Source: Gammaproteobacteria bacterium (lineage in GTDB: Bacteria; Pseudomonadota; Gammaproteobacteria; SZUA-140). From it: a stretch of 64,000 bases of DNA. Of this stretch, positions 42,994 to 52,286 are shown piece after piece. Made by a program: the position numbers and the translations under genes. Under the pieces are notes generated by a model. The model had not been told where the DNA came from, searched no databases, and was given only the letters and a program-made list of their open reading frames with translations. The DNA lies in assembly GCA_026982565.1 (NCBI GenBank), contig JALSGV010000024.1, positions 13,341 through 77,340 of the forward strand, read 5' to 3'. Numbering within the stretch: the stretch's first letter is position 1; the number at the start of each line of letters is the position of its first letter.

Positions 42994-43926
42994 ATGTCCC
43001 GCATAGTAGCGGTAACCGGGGCGACAGGATTCATCGGTGGCGCGCTCCTCAAGGCCTTGTTGGCGCAGGGCTGGGAGGTGCGGGCCCTGACGCGCGGCGC
43101 CCGGACTTCTGCCCCGGCGAAGAATCCACGTCTCCACTGGGTAACGGGCGATCTGGACGATCAGGACAGTCTTGAACGCCTTGTTCACGATGCCCATGCG
43201 GTGGTCCATTGCGCCGGTGCGGTGCGCGGAATAACCCAGGCCCAGTTCGACCACGTCAATGAGACAGGCGTAAGGCGCATTGCCAATGCCATCCTGGCGC
43301 AAGCTCATCCTCCCCGCCTGGTTGCGCTTTCATCCCTGGCGGCACGCAAGCCATCTCTGTCACCCTATGCGGCCAGCAAGCGCAAGGGTGAGAAAGTGCT
43401 GCTGGAACTGGGGGACAAGGTGGATTGGCTGGCCTTTCGTCCTCCTGCGGTCTACGGGCCGGGTGACCGTGAACTATTGCCCTTGTTCCAGTGGATGGCG
43501 CGGGGGCTGGCCATTCTTCCCGGCCCCGGCGAGGCGCGTTTTTCCCTTATTTATGTTGACGATCTCGTCCAGGCTATTCTGCAGGGGCTGGAGATTGCGC
43601 CCGGCCATTCGGGAATCTACGAACTGGACGACGGGCGCAGCGGGGGTTACAGCTGGGACGATGTTGTTGCCATTTTCTCCCGCCTGCGTGGCAAGAGGGT
43701 GGTGAAATGCGCCATCCCGGCATGGTTGCTGCGCGGCCTCGGAGAAGCCAACCTTCTCATGGCTCGTATGGGAGGATATGCGCCCATGTTGACGCCTGGC
43801 AAGGTGCGTGAACTGCGCTACCTGGACTGGGTCTGTCACCATACCGGCTCATGGCGTGATATCAGTGGCTGGTCGCCACAGGTTTCACTGCCTGAAGGGC
43901 TGAAAAATACGCTCCACAGCCTTTAA
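42994..43926 (+). CDS. cerR: NAD(P)-dependent epimerase/dehydratase-family reductase, CerR-like (putative 3-keto-sphingoid/oxidised-ceramide reductase)
   Basis: It has a Rossmann GxxGxxG motif (VTGATGFIGG) and the NDUFA9/NmrA-like SDR architecture. It lies between the acyl-ACP synthetase and ACP/spt. The start is at an internal ATG (MSRIVAV). Confidence 0.65.
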   Translation: MSRIVAVTGATGFIGGALLKALLAQGWEVRALTRGARTSAPAKNPRLHWVTGDLDDQDSLERLVHDAHAVVHCAGAVRGITQAQFDHVNETGVRRIANAILAQAHPPRLVALSSLAARKPSLSPYAASKRKGEKVLLELGDKVDWLAFRPPAVYGPGDRELLPLFQWMARGLAILPGPGEARFSLIYVDDLVQAILQGLEIAPGHSGIYELDDGRSGGYSWDDVVAIFSRLRGKRVVKCAIPAWLLRGLGEANLLMARMGGYAPMLTPGKVRELRYLDWVCHHTGSWRDISGWSPQVSLPEGLKNTLHSL

Positions 43927-44145
43927 TGCGCATTTCTCACCAAGTGGTGAGAAATACGGCTTAAGCCATCTCTTGACCAGTCTTGCACGAGACAGTCTCG
44001 TATATTTTCCGATGTTGTCCGAAGGGTTAGAATTGATGGGCGATTCGCGCTAAAATGCCGCCTTTCCCAGGCTGGCTATGATCAGTGCTTGTTTTTAAAA
44101 TCAGAATCGGACAAGCTGAACCTTATAATTGGATACAAGACAGAT

Positions 44146-44391
44146 ATGAAACGATACCAGGAAATATTGGATGCGCTTTATGAGGTTTTGACGCCTTTTG
44201 CCAACGAGGCCAACAAACAGCTTTCCGAAGAGACCGAGCTTGTCGCCGATCTGGATATCGATTCCGTCAGGTTGCTGGAGTTGCTGATGGAAATCGAGGA
44301 TCACATGGATATTTCCATTCCACTCAATGTCTTGCCTGATATCAATACGGTCAGGGACCTGGCGGTCAGTCTCCAGGAACTGAGTGAATGA
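44146..44391 (+). CDS. acp: Dedicated acyl carrier protein
   Basis: It is 81 aa with a DLDIDSVRLLEL phosphopantetheine-attachment motif. It lies immediately upstream of spt, which it overlaps. Confidence 0.85.
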   Translation: MKRYQEILDALYEVLTPFANEANKQLSEETELVADLDIDSVRLLELLMEIEDHMDISIPLNVLPDINTVRDLAVSLQELSE

Positions 44392-45590
44392 CGCAGTCGA
44401 TTTTCGACAAGTTCCAGTATTATGCCAATCTGCGTGAAGACGTTGCGAGACTGGATACCAATCCTTTCAACGTTGTCGTGGAACAGGTGCTTTCCGAGAC
44501 GGAGGCCATCGTCAATGGCCGCCGCACCATACTGGCCGGCACCAACAACTATCTGGGCCTGACCTTCGATCCGCGCTGCATCGCCGCGGGGCGCAAGGCC
44601 CTGGAGGAGGAGGGGACGGGCACCACAGGATCCCGCATGGCCAATGGCACCTATGCCGGTCATCTGGCCCTGGAAAGGGAATTGGCCGATTTCTTTGGCC
44701 TGCCATCTTCCATCGTTTTCTCGACCGGGTATATTGCCAATCTTGGCATTCTGTCCACCATCCCGGGTCCATCGGATGTCGTCCTGCTGGATGCGGACAG
44801 CCATGCCAGCATCTATGATGGCTGCCGCCTCGGCAGCGCCGAGGTCATCCGCTTCCGTCACAACGACCCCGGTGACCTGGACAAGCGTCTGAAGCGCCTG
44901 GGGACCAAGGCGGAATCGGCCCTCATCGTCGTTGAAGGTATTTACAGTATGATCGGTGACCAGGCGCCACTCCAAGAGATCGTCGAGGTCAAGCGGCGCC
45001 ATGGCGCCTATCTGCTGGTTGACGAGGCACATTCCCTGGGCGTGCTGGGCGAGCATGGCCGGGGGCTGGTGGAGCAGGCAGGCGTACAGGAGGACGTGGA
45101 CTTTATCGTTGGCACTTTCAGCAAGAGCCTGGGCGCCATCGGCGGCTTCTGTGTCAGCAAATGGAAGGAACTGGAAAATGTACGCTATGCCATGCGTCCC
45201 TACATATTTACCGCATCCTCCTCGCCTTCCATCATCGCATCCACCCGGGTGGCCTTGCATATCCTGCGGGAGCAGGGGGCGGAACTGCGCAAGCGGCTAT
45301 GGGACAATGCCCACCGCCTCTATCTGGGCTTGCGGGAGCTTGATTTCAAGCTGGGCCCGGAGTCCAGCCCTGTGGTTGCCATCACCCTGGGTGAATCCAA
45401 GGAACAGGCCCTGGAAATCTGGCACGACCTTCTGGACAAGGGGGTCTATGTGAACCTGGTCATGCCGCCTGCCTCGCCAGGCGCGGGGTGCCTGCTGCGC
45501 TGCAGCCTGAGTTCCGCCCACAGCGCCGTTCAGATCGATGCCATCATCGATGCGTTCAGATCGTTACGCAATAATATCCTGGAAAGTTGA
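44388..45590 (+). CDS. spt: Serine palmitoyltransferase (alpha-oxoamine synthase family, PLP-dependent)
   Basis: It is a 400-aa alpha-oxoamine-synthase-family protein with a PLP lysine in GTFSKSLG. It is co-located with the ACP, acyl-ACP synthetase and reductase, which is typical of bacterial Spt loci rather than bioF or kbl. Confidence 0.8.
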   Translation: MTQSIFDKFQYYANLREDVARLDTNPFNVVVEQVLSETEAIVNGRRTILAGTNNYLGLTFDPRCIAAGRKALEEEGTGTTGSRMANGTYAGHLALERELADFFGLPSSIVFSTGYIANLGILSTIPGPSDVVLLDADSHASIYDGCRLGSAEVIRFRHNDPGDLDKRLKRLGTKAESALIVVEGIYSMIGDQAPLQEIVEVKRRHGAYLLVDEAHSLGVLGEHGRGLVEQAGVQEDVDFIVGTFSKSLGAIGGFCVSKWKELENVRYAMRPYIFTASSSPSIIASTRVALHILREQGAELRKRLWDNAHRLYLGLRELDFKLGPESSPVVAITLGESKEQALEIWHDLLDKGVYVNLVMPPASPGAGCLLRCSLSSAHSAVQIDAIIDAFRSLRNNILES

Positions 45591-45638
45591 CCCGCTTGTT
45601 TACGACAGGTTGAGGCCGGCCTGCCGCCCCTGATATCC

Positions 45639-47393
45639 ATGCACATACTTCTAAGATTCTTCCGCGTATATCCCTGGCAGTCCGCTTTGATGCTGCTGGC
45701 CCTGCTACTGGCTGGTGTTGCCGAGGGGGTCAGTTTGTCCGCCCTGCTGCCACTTCTCAGTCTGGCCCTTGAACAGGGGAGCCGCAAGGAGGCAACGGAT
45801 GCAGAGGCCAGTGCACAGGGAGACGGGGGGCTGGAAGAGATGGTGCGCAATGCCCTGGAAACCATCGGTTTGACGCCTGGCATTGGCGTACTGCTGGTCA
45901 TCGTGATGCTGGGGATCGTGGTCAAGAATCTGCTCCTGCTGGCGGCGCGCAAGCAGATCGGTTATACCGCGGCGCAGGTGACCACGGACCTGCGTTTGTC
46001 TCTATTGCGCGCCGTCCTGGCTTCGCGCTGGGAATATTTCATCAGACAGCCTGCCGGGCGCATGGCCAATGCCATGACGACGGAGGCCATGCGCGCCTCG
46101 GAAGCCTATATTTACGGCACCACCATGATTGCACGCTGCATCGAGGCCGTCGTCTATATCATCGTGGCGCTCTTGATTTCTTGGCAGGCCACTCTGGCGG
46201 CGCTGGGCGCCGGCCTGCTGGTGCTGGTCGTTACCTATGCCTTGGTAAGAATGTCGCGGCGTGCCGGCAAGCGGCAGACCAAGCTGCTGAAATCCCTGCT
46301 GGGACGCCTGACGGATACCCTGCAATCCGTCAAGCCCCTCAAGGCCATGGGCAGGGAGGATCTGGCCGATGAGGTGATGGCCGCTGAAACAACGAAGCTG
46401 AACCGCGCCCTGCAGAAGGAGGTGTTCAGCAAGGCCGTACTGCAGGCAATCCAGGAACCCATGTTCGTCGGTTTGATCGCCATCGGCATCTATGTGGCGC
46501 TGGTGCTGTGGGAAGTGCCCGCTTCCACCATGCTCATGCTGGCCCTGCTGTTGGGCCGCATCATGGCGCAGATGGGCAAGATCCAGCGCTGGTACCAGAA
46601 GATGGTGACGGCGGAAAGCGCCTTCTGGTCCATTGACGAGACCACACGGGAGGCCCAGGAGACGCGCGAAATTTCTTCCGGCACCCTGCCGCCCAGATTC
46701 GAACGCGCCATCGAATTGCGGGATGTCGATTTTTCCTATGGGGAAAAGGCAGTTTTGCGCCAGGCCTGCCTGCTCATTCCCAAGGGCTCTTTGATTGCGC
46801 TGACCGGCCCTTCCGGCGCCGGCAAGACCACCATTGTCGACCTCATTACCGGGTTGCTGCAGCCGCAGCGTGGGGCTATTTTGATCGATGGCGTGGATCT
46901 GAAGGAGATCGATCTGCGGCAGTGGCGCCGCAAAATCGGCTATGTGCCACAGGAGAACCTGCTTCTTCACGACGATATTTTTCACAATGTCACCCTGGGT
47001 GACCCCAAGCTGGATGAGTCGGATGCCGAATATGCGCTGCGCGCGGCCGGCGCATGGGATTTCGTTTCCGAATTACGGGAAGGGATGCACAGTGTCGTTG
47101 GTGAACGTGGCGCGGGGCTGTCCGGTGGACAGCGCCAGCGTATCATGATCGCCCGCGCCTTGGTGCACAGGCCCGATTTGTTGATCCTCGATGAGGCGAC
47201 CAGTGCCCTGGATCCCAAGAGCGAGGCGGCGATTTGTGACACCTTGAAACAACTGGCCGGGCAATTGACGGTTTTGACCATCTCTCATCAAACTGCCCTG
47301 GTGGATATCGCCGACCGGATCTTTCGCCTCCAGGATGGGCAGCTCGTTCCAGTGGGGCACGGTATCGATAGGCGGTCAGCGTCCGAGCAATGA
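45639..47393 (+). CDS. ABC exporter, fused permease/ATPase (MsbA-like lipid exporter)
   Basis: It has a 6-TM domain followed by a Walker A motif (GPSGAGKTT) and the ABC signature LSGGQRQR. A Walker B motif (LILDEATSALD) follows. It is 584 aa. Confidence 0.88.
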   Translation: MHILLRFFRVYPWQSALMLLALLLAGVAEGVSLSALLPLLSLALEQGSRKEATDAEASAQGDGGLEEMVRNALETIGLTPGIGVLLVIVMLGIVVKNLLLLAARKQIGYTAAQVTTDLRLSLLRAVLASRWEYFIRQPAGRMANAMTTEAMRASEAYIYGTTMIARCIEAVVYIIVALLISWQATLAALGAGLLVLVVTYALVRMSRRAGKRQTKLLKSLLGRLTDTLQSVKPLKAMGREDLADEVMAAETTKLNRALQKEVFSKAVLQAIQEPMFVGLIAIGIYVALVLWEVPASTMLMLALLLGRIMAQMGKIQRWYQKMVTAESAFWSIDETTREAQETREISSGTLPPRFERAIELRDVDFSYGEKAVLRQACLLIPKGSLIALTGPSGAGKTTIVDLITGLLQPQRGAILIDGVDLKEIDLRQWRRKIGYVPQENLLLHDDIFHNVTLGDPKLDESDAEYALRAAGAWDFVSELREGMHSVVGERGAGLSGGQRQRIMIARALVHRPDLLILDEATSALDPKSEAAICDTLKQLAGQLTVLTISHQTALVDIADRIFRLQDGQLVPVGHGIDRRSASEQ

Positions 47394-48521
47394 TCTGACC
47401 CGTTCAACGGTGCATCTGATACTGTCGGGCACGGTCTGCTGAGGGGAAGGAGACTTCTCGTCACCCAGCCATACCGCCTGCCCGGAAGCGATCAGTTGTC
47501 GATGTACCAGGCGAATATCCCGGGTCAGCCGCTGGTGGCCGAATCGCATGAGCATTTTGTATAAAAATGCCCCGAGACGGAAATCGGTTTCTTCCTCGCT
47601 TGCGGCTCTTGCCGGCAGGGTGGCCGACGGCCAGCGCATGGCGTCTTGGCCCGTGCCGAGGTCGAAGATATAGACAGGTTTGCCCGTGGCGCAGGCTTCC
47701 GAGAGCATGGCGATACTGTCCCCGGTGACGATAATGGCCCTGGCCAGGCCCAGATAGGCATAATAGGGGTTGGCCGGGTCATCGGGTTTCCAGCGATAGA
47801 GCTGCATGGGGCAATCGACAGCCGATGCAAAGGCCTCGATGGCGGAGGGGGGGGTGCGTGCGCTGGTGGTGACGAGAAGAGAGCCGCCTTGTGATTGCGC
47901 CAGTTCGCAGGATTGGCGGGCAAGTCGTCGCGCAGCGTGGCGTCCCAGGGTATAGGGGCCGCTGTTACCGCCCATGACGACGGCGATGTATGGCTGGGGC
48001 AGGGATCGCAGATTCTGTGCATGGCCAGCCGCCGCTTCCTGTAAAAGTGCGTCAGTGACCCGGTGCAAGGTGGTGGTATTGTGCAGGATTCGGGGGGCAT
48101 GGGGCAGGCGGTATTGCGGCGTGGTGACGACGAGGTCGAAGTGCCTGAGCTGCGCCCAGTGCCTGCCGAGCAGGACAATGCGGCTCTTTCCTCCCGATTG
48201 TGCCTTGATCCAGCGGCATACGGGCTCGTTGCGCATGCCCGCCGAGATGATCAGGTCGGGCCAGGGGGGGGTGAGGGGGCTCGACCGTTCACGATCGATG
48301 CCCATCAGTGAACTGAGGCGCAGGAGCCCCGGGACAAAATCGTGGTGGCGGTACACGAGGCGCTTGACGGTAAAGGGCCAGCCGAGTGCCTCCGCCAAGG
48401 CGAGAATCTGCACGTTCTCGCCGGCGCGATATCCTGTGACGAGCCATACAGAGGGGGGTGGGGTTTCGTCGCTGATGTCTTCCGGTGGCGCTGGCATGTT
48501 GTTTGGTTTCATCGTGGGCAA
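47376..48521 (-). CDS. ELM1/DUF1022-family protein (predicted GT-B-like glycosyl- or phosphotransferase), paralog 1
   Basis: It shares the motifs PPWPDLIISAGMRNEPVCRWIK, GGNSGPYTL and IVTGDSIAML with two other ORFs in this window. Confidence 0.7.
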   Translation of the reverse strand: MPTMKPNNMPAPPEDISDETPPPSVWLVTGYRAGENVQILALAEALGWPFTVKRLVYRHHDFVPGLLRLSSLMGIDRERSSPLTPPWPDLIISAGMRNEPVCRWIKAQSGGKSRIVLLGRHWAQLRHFDLVVTTPQYRLPHAPRILHNTTTLHRVTDALLQEAAAGHAQNLRSLPQPYIAVVMGGNSGPYTLGRHAARRLARQSCELAQSQGGSLLVTTSARTPPSAIEAFASAVDCPMQLYRWKPDDPANPYYAYLGLARAIIVTGDSIAMLSEACATGKPVYIFDLGTGQDAMRWPSATLPARAASEEETDFRLGAFLYKMLMRFGHQRLTRDIRLVHRQLIASGQAVWLGDEKSPSPQQTVPDSIRCTVERVRSLLGR

Positions 48522-48571
48522 AGGATGTTGTAGAGATGCCGGGTTGATATGTCCCGGCGATTTTATTGTAA

Positions 48572-48602
48572 CCTGAATCCATGGGCTCAGGGCGGATTCA
48601 GG
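48572..48602. repeat. REP-like palindrome, 1.5 copies (CCTGAATCCATGGGCTCAGG+GCGGATTCAGG)
   Basis: It is the same family. It lies in the divergent intergenic region between ELM1 paralogs 1 and 2. Confidence 0.55.
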
Positions 48603-48642
48603 TGTAAGCTATTATACGGCCACCGGGCAATTTCAAACGATC

Positions 48643-49758
48643 ATGTCATCGCAAACCAACAATACCTGTACTCCATCTCCCCGCATCTGGCTGGTCCTCA
48701 GTGACAAACTGGGAGACAATGCCCAGGTAGAGATCATCGCCGATGCGCTGGGTCTGCCCTATGTGACGAAGCGGGTGTACCCCCTGGAGCAATACGTGCT
48801 GGGCAAGCCCCCCTTCAAGGCTTCCCTCTATCATATCGACAAGGTCCGGTCCGACAGCCTGGAGCCGCCATGGCCCGATCTCATACTCACCATCGGGCGC
48901 CGCTCGGCCATGGTGGCCATGTGGATACGAGAACAAAGCGGAGGCCGGACCCGGGTGGTCCTGGTGGGGCGCCCCAAGCGGGATCTGGATCAATATGCCC
49001 TGATCATCGCGCCTTCCCAATATCATCTGCCTGACAGGCCTAACGTGCTGCGCCTCGACCTGCCCCTCATGCGGCCCGACGAGGCGGCCATCGGGAAGGC
49101 GGTGACCTTATGGCGTGAACGTTTTTCCACCATGCAACGCCCCATGTTCGCGCTCATGGTGGGAGGGGCCACCAAGCCTTTCGTTTTCGATGAAAAGGTG
49201 GCGCGGGAATTGACGGCCCGGGCCGCCGCCCTTGCCGCATCCGCCGGGGGAACACTCTATGTCACCACCAGCAGACGTACGCCGCCCGCAGTGGTGGAGG
49301 CCATCAAGGCGGCATTGCCTGAGCACTCACAGTTCTATCAGTGGCGCAAGGATGGCAAGGATAATCCCTATCTTGCCCTGCTCGGGCTGGCCGACTATTT
49401 CATCGTGACGGGCGACAGTGTCTCCATGATGGTGGAGGTGGCCCGGCTGGGCAGGCCCCTGGCTATATTCAGTTTGCCGGTCAGGGATGGGTTCGCAAGC
49501 CGCTTCCAACAGTGGATCTCAAGCCCGAAGATCGGAAAATATAACAGAATCCTCAGCAGATTAATTGTCTCGGCGATATCTCGACTGGGAATACTGGGTT
49601 ATACTCGCGATCTGACGGCCTTGCATCGCGTTTTGGTCGATAGGGGGCTGGCAGTACCCTTTGGCAAGCCTTTCCCCATAGCAGGAGAAAGGGCCCTGGA
49701 TGAACTGCCTCTGGTGGCCGCTCGAGTAAGGAAGCTGTTGGATGAAGAAAATGCATGA
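48643..49758 (+). CDS. ELM1/DUF1022-family protein, paralog 2
   Basis: It has PPWPDLILTIGRRSAMVAMWIR, MVGGATKPF and IVTGDSVSMM motifs. It is divergent from paralog 1. Confidence 0.7.
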   Translation: MSSQTNNTCTPSPRIWLVLSDKLGDNAQVEIIADALGLPYVTKRVYPLEQYVLGKPPFKASLYHIDKVRSDSLEPPWPDLILTIGRRSAMVAMWIREQSGGRTRVVLVGRPKRDLDQYALIIAPSQYHLPDRPNVLRLDLPLMRPDEAAIGKAVTLWRERFSTMQRPMFALMVGGATKPFVFDEKVARELTARAAALAASAGGTLYVTTSRRTPPAVVEAIKAALPEHSQFYQWRKDGKDNPYLALLGLADYFIVTGDSVSMMVEVARLGRPLAIFSLPVRDGFASRFQQWISSPKIGKYNRILSRLIVSAISRLGILGYTRDLTALHRVLVDRGLAVPFGKPFPIAGERALDELPLVAARVRKLLDEENA

Positions 49759-50681
49759 CAGGGTCTACATCGGTGTATCATAACAATATGCCTTTTCTGA
49801 ATATAAAAAGACTTAAGTTATGGCGTTCCGGAAAACGGCGCAGGGCCCACATTTCACTACGCTTCTGTTTCAATGATCTGCGTCTTTTCAGGCGTTATCG
49901 CCAGCCTGTGGAGTCTTTGCTCCACGAGCTTCCGGTGGTTGGAGGTGAGTGGCCGCGGCGCAGTGGTCCACTGCTGTTCACAGTCTGTGATCCGGAATAC
50001 TTCTATTTGCATGCCGAGGCTCTGATGGCATCAATCAATGAGAATGCTTCCGGGACGGCATTGCATTTGCATATGTATGATCCAGGCAAGGCTCAGTTCG
50101 ATGAAGTTGAGCGCTTGGCGCGGAAGTTTGATGGGGTCAACTTGAGCTATACCTGGGAGGAGACCGATTTGTCCTCTCTGAGCGAAGACAAGCGCATTGT
50201 TTACTACCAGTCCGCGCGCTTCATTCGTGTCTACTCCGCGCTGAAGTCCACCCGTACTCCCATCATCGTTCTGGATATCGACAGTCTGATTCGCGGCCCT
50301 GTGGATCAACTCGTCCGCGCGGCCCATGGCGCGGATATCGGCTTGATATTTCGTACAGAACTTTGTCATCCTGGCAAGAATATTTTGGCCTCAACGGTTT
50401 ATGCCGCCCCGACGAGCGCCAGCCTGGTTTTTTTTGAAAGCGTCGTAAAGCGTCTGTCTGTCCATCTGCTGGCGCGCGCCCAGACGGAGATGCTGGATCA
50501 ACGTTGCTTGTGGAGGTGTTACCTGTCCAATAAATCGCGGCTGAAGGTTTGGGGGATACCGCAACGTTTCAGCGACTGGAATCTCACCGAGGACAGCATT
50601 ATCTGGCATGGCAAGGGACCTCGCAAAGGGTGTGACAAGTTTATTCAGGAGAAAAACAAGCTTCTGGTGGTGCAAAATTAG
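49755..50681 (+). CDS. Hypothetical protein, possible DxD-type sugar transferase
   Basis: It is a 308-aa protein with no confidently recognised family. It has a VLDIDS motif. Its start overlaps the paralog-2 stop (ATGA), so the two are likely co-transcribed. Confidence 0.35.
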   Translation: MTGSTSVYHNNMPFLNIKRLKLWRSGKRRRAHISLRFCFNDLRLFRRYRQPVESLLHELPVVGGEWPRRSGPLLFTVCDPEYFYLHAEALMASINENASGTALHLHMYDPGKAQFDEVERLARKFDGVNLSYTWEETDLSSLSEDKRIVYYQSARFIRVYSALKSTRTPIIVLDIDSLIRGPVDQLVRAAHGADIGLIFRTELCHPGKNILASTVYAAPTSASLVFFESVVKRLSVHLLARAQTEMLDQRCLWRCYLSNKSRLKVWGIPQRFSDWNLTEDSIIWHGKGPRKGCDKFIQEKNKLLVVQN

Positions 50682-50732
50682 CCTGCATTTACCAGCTGGC
50701 TGAGGAGATATATTCTGGTCTTAGGGATGTAT

Positions 50733-51989
50733 TTATGAGGTGTTATCTTCTTTCTGGAAGTCGGTGGTCATCAAGTGCTCATATTGCTTGATTGCTTTGT
50801 CGAAAGAGAAAATCCTGGCTCTTTCCACGATTTTATCACGGGGTGGGGGCGATTCCAGTGTTTCAATAATGGCCTCCGCCATGAATTTTTCATCTCCAAC
50901 AGGCACCAGCTTTCCGATCGAGCCATTGTCAAGTATTTCCGCCGGGCCACTGGGGCAGTCGGTACTGACGACAGGGCAGCCACACGTCATTGCTTCAATT
51001 AACGCATTTGGCAGTCCTTCCCATGCAGAAGACAACACAAAAAGCGAGGCCCGGCTATAGAAGCTATGAGGGTTTTGTACATAACCGGCAAAATCGACGT
51101 CAGAACTGATCATCAGTTCTTTGGACAGTCCCATCAGTTCAGTGCGGCACCGCCCTTCACCAAGGATTATCAGTCGTACTGGTCGCTCGGATCGTACCAG
51201 GGCGAAGGCACGCAGGAGGGTCTTGAAGTCTTTTTGTGGCTTCAACTTGCCAGCGGCCACGATTACCGGAATCTTGTCCTGATTCAACCAGGGGTGTTCA
51301 ACGGGTTGCTTGGCCTGGGTCAGGATCTCCGGTCTGAAAACAGGATTATGGATGACGGTGATATGATCTAAAGGCAACCCTGTTATTTTGGCGATATCTT
51401 CTGCCACCCCATAGGAGGGCGCAACGATTTTGTCTGCCAGATGGTAGTAGCAGCGCATGATACGTGGTACGCTGCGCATCCACTTTGATTTGGCATTTTT
51501 TGCCGAACTTGAGATATGGTTGCGCACATTCACAAAAAACCTGGTTTTGTTCCCGCATAGCTGCGCGGTCAGGAGCAGAACCAGGTTGGGATAATTCAGG
51601 AATGACATAATGGTGTCCGGCCGGTGTTGGTGGATATAGCCATAAAGTGAATGGATGGGCGGTTTTTCTTTTATGATGGTTCTGATGAGGGGGGCAAGGC
51701 AGGAGTCGCCTCTTTGAATGAGGGTGTATGGCGCCGATGCAAGGTTTCTCAATATGGCGACTGCCAGAAAGCAATAATGGAACATCCCAGAGTAATAGTA
51801 TGGGCGCAAGTTAATTATATTGATATTGCTGTTATATGACCTGAGCGTGTCCAGGAGCCAGCCGCGGTCTTCTTCAACCAGGAGATCGACGGCGTGTCCA
51901 TTCTGAGAAAGACCCTTGACGATGCTGGCCACTACTTGCTCGGCGCCACGTGCAGATTCTATGGTTCTTATGTATATCGCAAATCTCAT
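50733..51989 (-). CDS. Glycosyltransferase family 4 (GT-B, retaining)
   Basis: It has the C-terminal GT4 motif SSAWEGLPNALIEAMTCGCPVVSTD and is 418 aa. Confidence 0.85.
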   Translation of the reverse strand: MRFAIYIRTIESARGAEQVVASIVKGLSQNGHAVDLLVEEDRGWLLDTLRSYNSNINIINLRPYYYSGMFHYCFLAVAILRNLASAPYTLIQRGDSCLAPLIRTIIKEKPPIHSLYGYIHQHRPDTIMSFLNYPNLVLLLTAQLCGNKTRFFVNVRNHISSSAKNAKSKWMRSVPRIMRCYYHLADKIVAPSYGVAEDIAKITGLPLDHITVIHNPVFRPEILTQAKQPVEHPWLNQDKIPVIVAAGKLKPQKDFKTLLRAFALVRSERPVRLIILGEGRCRTELMGLSKELMISSDVDFAGYVQNPHSFYSRASLFVLSSAWEGLPNALIEAMTCGCPVVSTDCPSGPAEILDNGSIGKLVPVGDEKFMAEAIIETLESPPPRDKIVERARIFSFDKAIKQYEHLMTTDFQKEDNTS

Positions 51990-52286
51990 GATAGATTACA
52001 GTTTGCCGCAGGCTGAATTGCCTTTTGACAGGGTCATTCGCTCGGGCTCGTCTCTTCCAATGACCCAAGCCGAAGTATTATTCAATAAAGACGGCGTCAA
52101 GACAACTTCAAGAGAAGTTCTCCTGTTCTCGCAAGTCAAAGTTGCAAACCGGAGGAGCTAGGTATGTCTATAACTAATTGGCGCCGGGGAATATTACCAC
52201 AATTACAACGCACTGTTTCCGTATATCGGTTTTGCAAGGGAATATTCCGGTTTGCAGGAAGTGTCAGAATCAGGTTAAGCGAATAA

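Noticed and set aside
44388-45590. Alternative identity of the AOS-family gene as bioF or kbl
   Set aside because: It is translationally coupled to a dedicated ACP. It is flanked by an acyl-ACP synthetase and a CerR-like reductase, with no bioADBC or tdh neighbours. This context is characteristic of spt. Confirmation needs phylogeny.
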